The notes: generated by a model not told the origin, from the sequence alone. 64,000 bases of DNA from Myxococcota bacterium (GCA_044344255.1 JBIJDH010000002.1:128001-192000); one strand, 5' to 3'. Shown: positions 19,888 to 29,043, counted from the stretch's first letter. Numbers and translations are program-made.

Positions 19888-21417
19888 ATGGGGCGCAGCC
19901 TGTGCGAGAATCGAGGGATGCAGATGCAGCGATGGCGGGCGATCCTCGGGACCCGGGCCCTCCTCGTCGGGGTCACCGTCGGCGTCGCGGGGGCGTGGCG
20001 CATCTGGCTGGCCGGGCACTACGCCGGCTGGGAGGAGAGCGACTACGGCAACCTCGCGATGATCCGCGGTGTGCTCGACGGTGGCTTCCGGCACTACGAC
20101 ATGAACCACATGCCCGGCTACTACGCGCTGGGCGCCGCGGTCCTGGCCGTGGTGGGCGACACCGTGCTGGCGGCGCGGGGCACAGCGGTGGTCATGGGGC
20201 TGCTGGCCTACATCCTGGCCGTGCTCCTGGCCGACCGCCTGGCCGGGCGGCGGGTGGCCTGGCTCACCGGCCTGCTGCTCGCCTTCCAGCCAGAGCTCGC
20301 GCTCTACTCCTCGACCTCTCTGCGGGAGCCCATCTACGCCGGGTGGGTGCTGGCTGCGCTGTTCTCGCTGGTCTCCGAGCGGCTCCTGCTGGCCGGCGTC
20401 TTCGCGGCCCTGGCCTTCTCCGTGCGCATGGACGGTGCCCTCGCCCTCGCCCCAGCGCTGCTCGTCCACGCCCTCGGCCGAGGCGACCGTGTGCGGCGCC
20501 TCCTCTCCGCCTTCCTGCCCCTCTTGTTGGCGATGGGGGCGTGGTCCGCCTACTGCGCGGCGGAGCACGGCACGGCCCTCTTCTGGTCGCACTCGGTGGA
20601 GGTCAACATCGAGACTGGCCTGGGCGCGGAGGCGGTCGATCGTTGGAGCTGGGTGGAGAACGGGCTGTCGGTCGTCTTCGGCTTGGCCGCGGGGCTCCTC
20701 CCGTCGCGGATCGGCTGGGCGGTGTGGGCGGGGGTCTTCTATGCGGTGGTCCACACCCCCTGGCTCCGCCACGATCCGCGCCGCACCTGGGCGATCCAGG
20801 GCATCGTGATGGCGGGGGTCTGGTGCGGCATCGGCTTCGTCGGCCAGCACGCCCCCGACCACAACCTCTATTGGAAGTGGATGTCTCCCTTCGTGCCGCT
20901 GCTGGTGCCGATCGGGCTCAGCGGGCTGCTCGGCGCCCTCGATCGCCTCCGCGCGCGGCTGCCGGCGGCGCCGCCGCTCCTGCTCGGCCTCGCGCTCGCG
21001 CAGGCCCTCGTCGGCTACGGCTTCGAGACGCACCGCCAGTTCTGGCTCTCCGAGGCCCTGTATCGACCGCAAGAGGAGCTCGCGCAGTGGGTCGAGGCGA
21101 ACGTGCCCGAGTCCGTGCCGATGCTCTTTGACGACATCCCCGCCTGCTACATCAACCGGAACCCGCACGAGCGCCGCATGGTGAGCTGGTTCGACGTGCC
21201 GAGCGAGCCCGGCGACCCGGAGTCTTTCGCGGCCTTCCTCCAAGCGGAGCACATCGGCTGGGTGTTGTGGTTCGCCGAGGATTGGACGCAGGCCCCGCGC
21301 TTCGCGCCCTTCCTTCGGGAGGGGGGCACCTGGGAGTCGGGAGGCGTGCGGCTGGTCGAGGTGCGCCGGGAAGACCAATACGGCTGGATCTTCTTCGAGG
21401 CGCAAGGCACCGACTGA
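19888..21417 (+). CDS. Polytopic membrane protein, GT-C (PMT/ArnT-like) glycosyltransferase
   Basis: About 10 or more TM segments, acidic 'WEESD' first loop, 'HMPGYY', 'LREPIY', 'VRMDG'. Confidence 0.6.
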   Translation: MGRSLCENRGMQMQRWRAILGTRALLVGVTVGVAGAWRIWLAGHYAGWEESDYGNLAMIRGVLDGGFRHYDMNHMPGYYALGAAVLAVVGDTVLAARGTAVVMGLLAYILAVLLADRLAGRRVAWLTGLLLAFQPELALYSSTSLREPIYAGWVLAALFSLVSERLLLAGVFAALAFSVRMDGALALAPALLVHALGRGDRVRRLLSAFLPLLLAMGAWSAYCAAEHGTALFWSHSVEVNIETGLGAEAVDRWSWVENGLSVVFGLAAGLLPSRIGWAVWAGVFYAVVHTPWLRHDPRRTWAIQGIVMAGVWCGIGFVGQHAPDHNLYWKWMSPFVPLLVPIGLSGLLGALDRLRARLPAAPPLLLGLALAQALVGYGFETHRQFWLSEALYRPQEELAQWVEANVPESVPMLFDDIPACYINRNPHERRMVSWFDVPSEPGDPESFAAFLQAEHIGWVLWFAEDWTQAPRFAPFLREGGTWESGGVRLVEVRREDQYGWIFFEAQGTD

Positions 21418-21430
21418 GGCGGCCGCGGCC

Positions 21431-21460
21431 AAAAAAAAGACCCCGCCTTTCGGCGGGGCC
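21431..21460 (-). terminator. Intrinsic terminator of the tRNA-Ala gene
   Basis: ccccgcc/ggcgggg stem followed by a T8 run on the minus strand. Confidence 0.9.
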
Positions 21461-21465
21461 CTATC

Positions 21466-21540
21466 TGGTGGAGGAAAGGGGAGTTGAACCCCCGACCCCT
21501 GGAGTGCGATTCCAGTGCTCTCCCACTGAGCTATTCCCCC
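21466..21540 (-). tRNA. tRNA-Ala (anticodon CGC)
   Basis: GGGGGAA/TTCCTCC acceptor stem with G3:U70, anticodon arm CTGGA-ATCGCAC-TCCAG, GGTTCAAC T-loop and encoded CCA. Confidence 0.97.
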
Positions 21541-21566
21541 GATTGGGGCTGCCCCAGACGGGGCTG

Positions 21567-21595
21567 CGTTTATGGTGTGGGGCCTCCGCTGTCAA
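21567..21595 (-). promoter_or_regulatory. Putative sigma70-type promoter for tRNA-Ala
   Basis: Minus strand TTGACA-N17-TAAACG, 26 nt before the tRNA. Confidence 0.65.
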
Positions 21596-21627
21596 GGCGC
21601 CTGACGCCTCTCCGGCGCGCCCATGGC

Positions 21628-22458
21628 TCAGTCGAGGCCGCGCTCCGCGAGGTCTTCTTCGTCGAGGCCGAGGAAGTGCCCGATCTCGTGAAAGAGCGTG
21701 ATGCGCAGCTCCTCGATGATCTGCTCCCGATCGGCCGCCATCCGCTCCAGGTTGTTGCGGAAGAGCGTGATGGTGGGCGGCAGGTTGCTCCAGGGGTTGT
21801 CCATCGACCGATCGACGAGGGAGTGACCGCTGAAGTAGCCGAGGAGGTCTAGGGGCGAGGCCGGCGGGTCATAGCTGCGGAGGATCTCCTCGCGGGGGAG
21901 GTCTTCAAGGAGGATCGCCACGTTGGCCAGCCAGGCCTGCAGATCGGGGTGGAGCGAGCCGACAGCCTCCTCGACGATGTCCTCGACGACCTCATCGCTC
22001 AGCGAGTGTGGCACGAGGAAGCTGTCGGGCTCCAGCCAGCGGGCCCGGGTCAGCGCGCGGCGTCGGCCGGCCTTGTCGCCCTTCCACTCGAGCAGCAGCG
22101 AGCGGGCCCACCATGCTTCGGGGTTCCGCGGGTCCTCCCGGAGGGCGCGGGCGGCCGCACGGGAGGCCTCGTCGAAGCGGAGGAGGTCGAAGCAGGTCGT
22201 CGACAGGGCCGCCCAGGAGGAGGAGTGGCCGGGGTCGGCGAGGGCTGCGCTGCGGTAGGCCTCGGCGGCCTCGCTGTCCCGCGAGAGGGCCCGCAGCGCG
22301 TCGCCGCGCACGAACCAGGCGCCCGGGTGCGTCGAGTTGAAGGTCAGGGCGCGGTCCGCGAAGCGCAGCGCCTCCTCCGGCGCGGCCCGATCGAGGGCCT
22401 CTTCCGCTTGATCCAGCAGCTCTTCAATCGCCACCACGGAGGCACCCACGTTCGTCAC
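21628..22458 (-). CDS. TPR repeats plus minimal zincin (DUF1025-like) metallopeptidase
   Basis: TPR motifs (AWFVRGDAL, PRNPEAWW); C-terminal 'ITLFRNNLER...ITLFHEIGHFLGLDEEDL'. GTGA overlap with the upstream gene. Confidence 0.85.
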   Translation of the reverse strand: MTNVGASVVAIEELLDQAEEALDRAAPEEALRFADRALTFNSTHPGAWFVRGDALRALSRDSEAAEAYRSAALADPGHSSSWAALSTTCFDLLRFDEASRAAARALREDPRNPEAWWARSLLLEWKGDKAGRRRALTRARWLEPDSFLVPHSLSDEVVEDIVEEAVGSLHPDLQAWLANVAILLEDLPREEILRSYDPPASPLDLLGYFSGHSLVDRSMDNPWSNLPPTITLFRNNLERMAADREQIIEELRITLFHEIGHFLGLDEEDLAERGLD

Positions 22459-24347
22459 CCCTTCTTCGGCTCACGTACGACGTAACGAAGGCTGGTCCGG
22501 AAGGTCGCGTAGTCCCCCTGGACCAGCGAGAACTTGATCGCGCGGAGCTCCCGCTTGATGCACCGCTGGACCTCGCCGCCGAGGAGCGTCGCCTTCTCGA
22601 AGTTGACGCCCATGACGTAGCCACGAGGCGACACGTAGGCGGTGAGCTCGGTGGAGGCGACGCTGCCGGGCTCGGCGGTCAGGTGCTGGGCGAAGCAGGC
22701 GTCGAGGCGGTCCGCGCGCCGCTGGACGAGCGCTCGGGCCCCCTCGTCATCGAAGGGGGCGGGCGTCTGCTCGGCGGTGGGCGTGAAGCCCATGGGATCG
22801 GTGAGCTTGAGGACGGGCTCGACGGTCTCGGTGGCGCCGTCCTCGATCGTCACCTCGCGGGTGAAGGGCTCGAAGCCGTCGAGCTCCACCTTGATGGCGA
22901 CGGGCTGGCCGGGGGGGACCCGATGCTCGCGGAGCACGCCCTCGGAGGTCGCGAACGTACCGGCCACGGTGACCTCGCCGGCGGGGGGATCGCAGATCAC
23001 GTTAAGGATCCCGTGCGGAGGGTCCACGACGGGAGGGTCGCCCCACTCGATCCGAGAGGCGACGAAGGCGGAGACGCCGACGATCATCAGCGCCGCGAGG
23101 CCGATCAGCCAGGGCAAGGGGTTGGGCCGCTCGGCCTCGATGGTGATGGCCTTACGCTCCTGGTCATCGGTGGCGACCGTGACCAGCGCTACGGCCTTGT
23201 TGCGGGGCATCTTCCGCGGATCGATGGTGACCTGGATGATCTGCTCGGCCGCGCCGGGATCCAGGCGGGAGGGGTTTACCTCCACCCAGTCGCGGTCGAC
23301 GAAGACCCTCCCGGGCATTCGGCCCGAGCCGCCATTGCGGATGGTGAGCCGGAGCTGGACCGGCGCCTTCCGCGCCTTGATCGAGATGACCTCGGGGCCA
23401 TCGACGTGGAGGCGGGCGGCGCGCTCGGGGCGGGCCGGCTGCGCGGTGCCGCCGAGGTTGAGCGTGCGGCTTGGGTTGGTGAGCGCGTCGGGGACCCGAG
23501 GGGGAGGGGAACCTCGGGAGTGGCCCCCGGCCGTCGAGTGGGTGGTAGGGGCGTCCGAGACGTCCTCGGTGTCCTCCCCGGCCAGCGCGAGCCGGCGCAC
23601 ACGGAGCGGCTCCGGCTCCTTTTTGGGGGCCGCGGGCGGGACGATGCTGGTGCCAAGCACTTCTCGGCGCTTCTCGTCGTACCGGGCGCGGGTGATGGGG
23701 TCCTTCAGGATGTCCCAGGCCTGATCGAGGCGCCCGTAGATCTCGCCGGCTCGGCGGGTGTCTTGGAGCTGTCGGGCCCAATGGTACCGATCTCGGTGCG
23801 CCTGCTCGAGGACCTCGACCGAGGAGTGCGCGGGGACACCGAGTACGGCGTAGTGATCGATGAAGGAGGGGCGACCGGGAGGACCGGGATCCTCTGGGCC
23901 CGGGCTGCGGGCGGCGTGGCTCTCGCTCAACAGCTCCGCCACCTGGGCATCGACCGTCTCAACGTCGAGGCCGAGCTTCGCGCCCTGCTCTCGGATCGCC
24001 TCTTCGCCCTTGGGGGTCAGCACGCCGTCGGCGAGGGTGCCGAGCACGAAGAGGCGGAGCACCTGCAGCTTCCGGTCGCGATCCCGACCCTCGACCTCCG
24101 CTTGGTACTGCGCGCGCTCCTCGATGAGGGCGCGCCGGCAGAGCGTCACGCTCTTGATGACCCAGAGCGCCTCTTGCCGGTACTTGGGGTTGTTCTGCTG
24201 GCCCTGCGCCCAGGCGCGCCGCTGGCGGATCGCAGCCTCGGCCTCGTCGGAGGTCGCCTCCGTGGCGATCCCCAGGTACTCGAACAGCGTTGCCTTGCCG
24301 ACCGTGGCCAGGAATCGGTTGATTTCTTCGAAATCCCGCTGTTCCAT
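22455..24347 (-). CDS. Membrane protein: J-like, TerB-like, J-like, Ig/BACON-like, TM, PEGA, AgmX/PglI(TonB-C)-like
   Basis: 'LFEYLGIATEATSDE', 'LADGVLTPKGEEAIREQGAKLGL', 'DHYAVLGV...AWDILKDPITRARYD', 'LTIRNGGSGRMPG...WVEVNP', TM 'WLIGLAALMIVGVSAFVA', PEGA 'LNVICDPPAGEVTV...ELDGFEPF', 'LDACF...VQRCIKRELRAIKF'. Confidence 0.7.
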   Translation of the reverse strand: MEQRDFEEINRFLATVGKATLFEYLGIATEATSDEAEAAIRQRRAWAQGQQNNPKYRQEALWVIKSVTLCRRALIEERAQYQAEVEGRDRDRKLQVLRLFVLGTLADGVLTPKGEEAIREQGAKLGLDVETVDAQVAELLSESHAARSPGPEDPGPPGRPSFIDHYAVLGVPAHSSVEVLEQAHRDRYHWARQLQDTRRAGEIYGRLDQAWDILKDPITRARYDEKRREVLGTSIVPPAAPKKEPEPLRVRRLALAGEDTEDVSDAPTTHSTAGGHSRGSPPPRVPDALTNPSRTLNLGGTAQPARPERAARLHVDGPEVISIKARKAPVQLRLTIRNGGSGRMPGRVFVDRDWVEVNPSRLDPGAAEQIIQVTIDPRKMPRNKAVALVTVATDDQERKAITIEAERPNPLPWLIGLAALMIVGVSAFVASRIEWGDPPVVDPPHGILNVICDPPAGEVTVAGTFATSEGVLREHRVPPGQPVAIKVELDGFEPFTREVTIEDGATETVEPVLKLTDPMGFTPTAEQTPAPFDDEGARALVQRRADRLDACFAQHLTAEPGSVASTELTAYVSPRGYVMGVNFEKATLLGGEVQRCIKRELRAIKFSLVQGDYATFRTSLRYVVREPKKG

Positions 24348-24534
24348 TTACCGCCAGGGGGGTCCTCGTTGGGGGACCGAGCGCCGTTCGAGAGGAGGAA
24401 GGGGGGGGGCGATGTGCGTCGCCGGGGGGCGTGACGTTTGTACCGCCGAAGGATCTGAGGGTCAATGCCCGGCGACCGGGTGCGGTTGGTCTCGCCGGGG
24501 AGGCGAGGCACGACCGCTCACCCTACACGGTCCT

Positions 24535-26295
24535 TCAATGCACCTGAAACAGCGCCACCGTCTTCTGAGCCTGGCTCATGCGACCGGCGTCGAGGCCGCC
24601 TTTGAGGTCCATCCGGGCGCGCCGTACCCGCCGGGTCTCCACGTCGACGATGTCGATCTCCAGGATTTGGTTGAGCCCGTAGCGGTAGACCACCTCGATC
24701 GGGGTGCCCTTGGGACGCGGGGGGAGGTCGTCCAGCACCACCTCGCCGATCACCTTGACCTCGTCCCGGCGGGTGCCGGTCCCCTCGGTCACCTCGACCC
24801 GAACGGCGGTCATGTTGTCATAGGCATAGGCGAAGCGGCTCTTCTTCTCGCAGGGCACCGCCGTGGCCTCGGGGATCACAACGACCACGCGCTCGTTCAG
24901 GCTGCGGTCGAGGACCACGATGCCCAAGGGGTGACTGGTGACGTCGGTGATCTTGACCGGCGGCAGCCCGATGTAGCCGAAGACCTCACCGGCGGTGCCG
25001 ACGTCGGCCGGGGCCTCAGTCGCCTCCACCTGCGGGAGACGCGCGCCATCGGTGACCCCCTCGGGCGCCGTCGGGCCGGACAGCGGGCCTCGGCTCCCGC
25101 GTGGGAGCTCCCCGGGTCGCGGCGCGGCGCGCAGGGGAGCGAGGGCGGGGTGGTCCTGCTGCGGCTGCAGGGCGACCTCTCGGGCGCGGCGCGCGAGGGC
25201 CTGCCGGTGCGGCACGAGCGCGGGGTGGTTGGCGCGGTGGCGAAGCACGCCCGCGAGCGCCGCGCCCATCGCGACACACTCGTCGGGGTTGACGGTGGTC
25301 GCGGGCGTCTTCCCGGTGAGGGTGGCGAGCATCTCTCGCACCATCGGCATGCGGGTCGATCCTCCGACCAGCAGCACCTCGTCGAGGTCTTCCCACTTCA
25401 TCCCGGCCTTGTCGAGGACGAGGCGGGTGGTATCGGCGCACTGGTCGACGAGGTCGGCGGTCATCCGCTCGAACTCCTCTCGGGTGACGGTGACCACCAT
25501 GCGGTGGCCCCGGAAGTTCACCGGGATCACGGCCTTCGGCTTCGTGGAGAGCGAGATCTTGGCGTGCAGGCAGCGCTCGTACAGCTCCTGGTAGGGCTGT
25601 GGATCGTCGCGGGGGTCGAGGCCGAAGCGGTCCATGAACTGGTCGGCCACCGAATTCAGCAGGCGGTCGTCCCAGTCCTTTCCGCCGAGCTCGGCGTTTC
25701 CGTCGCTGGCGATGGTCTTGAAGGAGATCCCGCGGATCTCCATCAGCGTGACGTCGAAGGTGCCGCCGCCGAGGTCGAAGACCAGGAGGCGGCGATTGCC
25801 CCCCAGGCGCTCGATGCCGTAGGCGATGGCCGCCGTGGTGGGCTCGTTGATGATCGACAGCACGTTGAGGCCGGCGATGGTGCCCGCCTCGGCGGTGGCT
25901 TGGCGCTGCGAAGAGTTGAAGTAGGCGGGGACCGTGATCACCGCGTCCTTGATCGGGAAGCCGAGGGCCTCTTGGGCGTCCTCCTTGAGCTTCTTCAGGA
26001 TGATCGCCGAGAGCTCTTGTGGCGTGTAGCTGCGGCCGAAGAACTCGAGGGTGAAGTCTGGCTCGCCCATCGAGCGCTTGATGAAGCGGACGATGTTGGT
26101 GGGATCGACCACCACCATCTTGACGGCCTCATCACCCACCACGCAAGCGTCGCGGTCGTAGAAGTGGATCACGGAGGGGGTGGTCGGCTGCCCCTCGGAA
26201 TTGGGCACGATCACCGGCTTGCCGAAACGATCCACGATGGCCATCGCGGAGAAGGTCGTACCGAGGTCGATGCCGAGGACGGACTCGTCACTCAT
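24535..26295 (-). CDS. Hsp70-family protein with linker insertion, lacking the helical lid
   Basis: GIDLGTTFS, TVPAYF, EPTTAA, DLGGGTFDVT, LVGGSTRMP, PDECVAMGAA; Pro/Ala/Arg-rich insert before DVTSHPLG. Confidence 0.9.
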   Translation of the reverse strand: MSDESVLGIDLGTTFSAMAIVDRFGKPVIVPNSEGQPTTPSVIHFYDRDACVVGDEAVKMVVVDPTNIVRFIKRSMGEPDFTLEFFGRSYTPQELSAIILKKLKEDAQEALGFPIKDAVITVPAYFNSSQRQATAEAGTIAGLNVLSIINEPTTAAIAYGIERLGGNRRLLVFDLGGGTFDVTLMEIRGISFKTIASDGNAELGGKDWDDRLLNSVADQFMDRFGLDPRDDPQPYQELYERCLHAKISLSTKPKAVIPVNFRGHRMVVTVTREEFERMTADLVDQCADTTRLVLDKAGMKWEDLDEVLLVGGSTRMPMVREMLATLTGKTPATTVNPDECVAMGAALAGVLRHRANHPALVPHRQALARRAREVALQPQQDHPALAPLRAAPRPGELPRGSRGPLSGPTAPEGVTDGARLPQVEATEAPADVGTAGEVFGYIGLPPVKITDVTSHPLGIVVLDRSLNERVVVVIPEATAVPCEKKSRFAYAYDNMTAVRVEVTEGTGTRRDEVKVIGEVVLDDLPPRPKGTPIEVVYRYGLNQILEIDIVDVETRRVRRARMDLKGGLDAGRMSQAQKTVALFQVH

Positions 26296-26303
26296 GGCCA
26301 GCT

Positions 26304-26840
26304 CTACCGGGAGTCGTTGTTGGAGTCGGTCGGACGCTCGTGGCGCAGGAGCACCACCTCTTCCGCCCGGAGCAGTCGCCCGGCGCGGGTGAAGCCGCGC
26401 TTGACCACCTGCTGCACCTTGTAGTCGAGACCGGGGTCGGAGGTGGTGGTCACCTTGACGACCTTCTGGGTCTCGCGATCGAATTCATCCCGCGGGTCGA
26501 GGGGGAGCACGTCCCGGCGGTACAGCAGCTCCTGGAATTCGTCGAGCAGATACTGGAAGCTGTCGGCGATGACCTCGGCGCTCATCTCCTGGTTCACGAG
26601 GCTCTGCTTGAACCAGGAGAGGCTGTCGTGAAACAGCAGCAGATCGAGGAGCAGTGGCTTCTCGGTCTGAAAGATGAAGTCGTCCTTGTACTGTCGGAGC
26701 TCGGTGTAGAGCTGGTCAAAGGCCCGCTGTTGCAGGGCGTCCCGTGTGGACTGTTGATGCACGAAGTCCTTGAGGGTCCCCACCGACTCGGCGAGCCCAT
26801 CGAGGGTGATCTCTTCGTTCCGCGAGTCGGATGTTGCCAC
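26304..26840 (-). CDS. GrpE-like nucleotide exchange factor (atypical)
   Basis: N-terminal coiled coil, 'LLLDLLLFHDSL', 'EFDRETQKVV', 'VQQVVKRGFTRAGRLLRAEEVVL'; lies between two Hsp70 genes. Confidence 0.8.
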   Translation of the reverse strand: MATSDSRNEEITLDGLAESVGTLKDFVHQQSTRDALQQRAFDQLYTELRQYKDDFIFQTEKPLLLDLLLFHDSLSWFKQSLVNQEMSAEVIADSFQYLLDEFQELLYRRDVLPLDPRDEFDRETQKVVKVTTTSDPGLDYKVQQVVKRGFTRAGRLLRAEEVVLLRHERPTDSNNDSR

Positions 26841-26848
26841 TGACCCTC

Positions 26849-28849
26849 CTACCGACCGCTACCGAGCTCGGTGGCCAGGTTGATGAACGTGCCTTCCAAC
26901 TCGATGCTCTCGTTACAGTGGTGGTAGTCGGTCGGCAAGGAGCAGAGCGCCTCGAGGAAGTCGCGCTGCACCTGTCGGCCGACGCCCACGGTGATGACCC
27001 GCCCGCCCAGGCGCTTGATTCGCGTGGCCTCGGCGACGGTGGCGGCGGGGTCGTCGGGGTGGCCGTCGGTGAGCAGCAGGTAGACGCGCTGCACGCCCGC
27101 CTTGCCCTTGAGCGCGTCTCGCGCGGTGGCCAAGCCCTGGTGCATCGGCGTCGAGCCGATCGGCGTGAGGGAGTCGATCGCCGCCTCGATGCGGAGGCGC
27201 TCGTCGGTCAGCCCGCTCTTCAGCCCGCCGGGGAAGGCGACCACCGCCAGGCTCCGCTGCGCCGCGAGCGTGCGCCCGACAAAGGCGCGCGCCGCCTTTC
27301 GGGCCTCGATGATGTTCGTGCCGTACATCGAGCCGGAGCAGTCCATGATCAACGCGAGGTGCATCGGGACGCGGTTCAGCGCGATGTCCTCGAGGCTGGT
27401 CTGGGCGGTGGCGAGCCGGTGGGCGAGGGTCTGGCCGGTGGTGACGTCCATCGCCTCCACCTCCACGATCCCGTTGCTGTTGTACCGGAAGGTGACCGCC
27501 AGCCGAGAGTCTCCCGCGGCGCGGGGGTGGATGCCGTAGAACTCGAAGTGCCCGAGGACGCTGCACTGGAGCGGATCGGTCTCCTCGCCCTGCACCAGCC
27601 AGAGGTCCATCGAGGTCTGGCTGTTGTGGGTGGTGACGTAGTCGTCTCGGGTGCGCTCACAGGGGATGCGGCTGTTTCGGCGGATGATCGGGCTGTTGTG
27701 CAGCGCGCCATCCTTGTAGACCACCATCCCGAGCGAGTGGCTCGTCACGTCGTGGGTGCGCAGGTCGGTGGGGGGCTTTTGGCCGCTCAGCCTCGCCGAC
27801 TCGAGGGCCGCGGTGAGGGCGGCGCCGAGGGCCACGCACTCGTCGGGGTTGATGTCGGTGGAGGGGTCGCGCTGGAAGACATCGGTGATCAGCCGGCGCA
27901 CCATCGGCATGCGCGTCGAGCCGCCGGAGAGGAGGACGGTGTCGACCTCGTCGGGGCGCGACCTCGACTCTTCGAGCACCTCTCGGACCTTGGCCTCGCA
28001 GCGCTGCACGAGGGTCTTCGTGAGGTCCTCGAAGCGCTCCCGGGGGACCTCGAGGCGGAGGATCCGGCCCTGGTAGTCATAGAAGAGGTTGACCTTGGGC
28101 CGGCGGGAGAGCGAGAGCTTGGCGCTCACACACTTCTGTCGGAGGTCATGCGCGGCGGCGGGGTCCTCCAAGGGATCGATGCCGTGCTTCTTCTTGAACT
28201 CGTCTGCCGCGTAGGAGATGAGGGCGTCGTCGAAGTCCTTGCCGCCGAGCATGGAGTCGCCGGCGGTGGCGGACACGGTGATGTCTCGCCCCTCGATGTT
28301 GACGACCGTGACGTCGAAGGTCCCGCCGCCGAGGTCGAAGACCATGCAGCGCATGCTGCGACCGGCGTTCGCGAGTCCGTAGGCGAAGGCGGCGGCGGTG
28401 GGCTCGTTGATGAGCTTGAGGACGCGGAGACCGGCGAGCTCACCCGCCCGCATCGTCGCGCGGCGGTGCTTGTCGGCGAAGTAGGCAGGGACGGTGATGA
28501 CCGCCTCTTCGATCTTCTCACCGAGGCGCAGCTCGGCGTCGTGCTTGAGCTTAGCGAGGATGTAGCTGGAGAGCTGCTCGGGGCTGTATTCCTGGTTCCG
28601 GTACTTGAAGGAGTAGTTGTCGTCGCCCATGTGGCGCTTGACGAACTCCACCACCTGGTTGGGGAAGGCCACGGCCGCCTGCTTGGCGTAGTTTCCGACA
28701 ATGATCTCGTCGCCGTCAAAGAGGACGACGGAGGGGGTGATCCGGTCGCCTTCGGCGTTGTGCAGGATCTCGGGCACGCCGTGCTTGTTCACATAGGCGA
28801 TGGCGGAGAAGGTTGTTCCGAGGTCGATCCCGACTGCGGTCGTTGACAT
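26849..28849 (-). CDS. Hsp70-family protein fused to a C-terminal vWA domain
   Basis: Hsp70 NBD and SBD-beta motifs, then 'LALIMDCSGSM' (DxSxS), 'GSTPM', 'LLLTDGHPDD', 'VITVGVG'. Start ATG 28849. Confidence 0.9.
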   Translation of the reverse strand: MSTTAVGIDLGTTFSAIAYVNKHGVPEILHNAEGDRITPSVVLFDGDEIIVGNYAKQAAVAFPNQVVEFVKRHMGDDNYSFKYRNQEYSPEQLSSYILAKLKHDAELRLGEKIEEAVITVPAYFADKHRRATMRAGELAGLRVLKLINEPTAAAFAYGLANAGRSMRCMVFDLGGGTFDVTVVNIEGRDITVSATAGDSMLGGKDFDDALISYAADEFKKKHGIDPLEDPAAAHDLRQKCVSAKLSLSRRPKVNLFYDYQGRILRLEVPRERFEDLTKTLVQRCEAKVREVLEESRSRPDEVDTVLLSGGSTRMPMVRRLITDVFQRDPSTDINPDECVALGAALTAALESARLSGQKPPTDLRTHDVTSHSLGMVVYKDGALHNSPIIRRNSRIPCERTRDDYVTTHNSQTSMDLWLVQGEETDPLQCSVLGHFEFYGIHPRAAGDSRLAVTFRYNSNGIVEVEAMDVTTGQTLAHRLATAQTSLEDIALNRVPMHLALIMDCSGSMYGTNIIEARKAARAFVGRTLAAQRSLAVVAFPGGLKSGLTDERLRIEAAIDSLTPIGSTPMHQGLATARDALKGKAGVQRVYLLLTDGHPDDPAATVAEATRIKRLGGRVITVGVGRQVQRDFLEALCSLPTDYHHCNESIELEGTFINLATELGSGR

Positions 28850-29043
28850 CTTTGTCCAATCCCGTCCATCGGCGCGGGCGCCGCTCCAGGAGTCGATTCT
28901 GAGCGTCGCTCGCGTGCCAGCGAGCGAGCGGGCGAGGTATAGCCCCACCGGTAGTGCAAAGACCGTACTATACCGTGGCCCTCGCCGCCAGCTCCCGACA
29001 CTCGGAAGCGTTGTTAGCTGCGGTGGGGCACAGCGGAGCAGCC

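Noticed and set aside
21466..28849. tRNA-anchored genomic island carrying the Hsp70 cluster
   Set aside because: No integrase, no duplicated tRNA 3' end seen, the cluster lies on the tRNA 5' side, and composition looks like the flanks.
28902..28919. Sigma54 promoter for the Hsp70-vWA operon (TGGCACG on the minus strand)
   Set aside because: GC is not at the required GG-N10-GC spacing.
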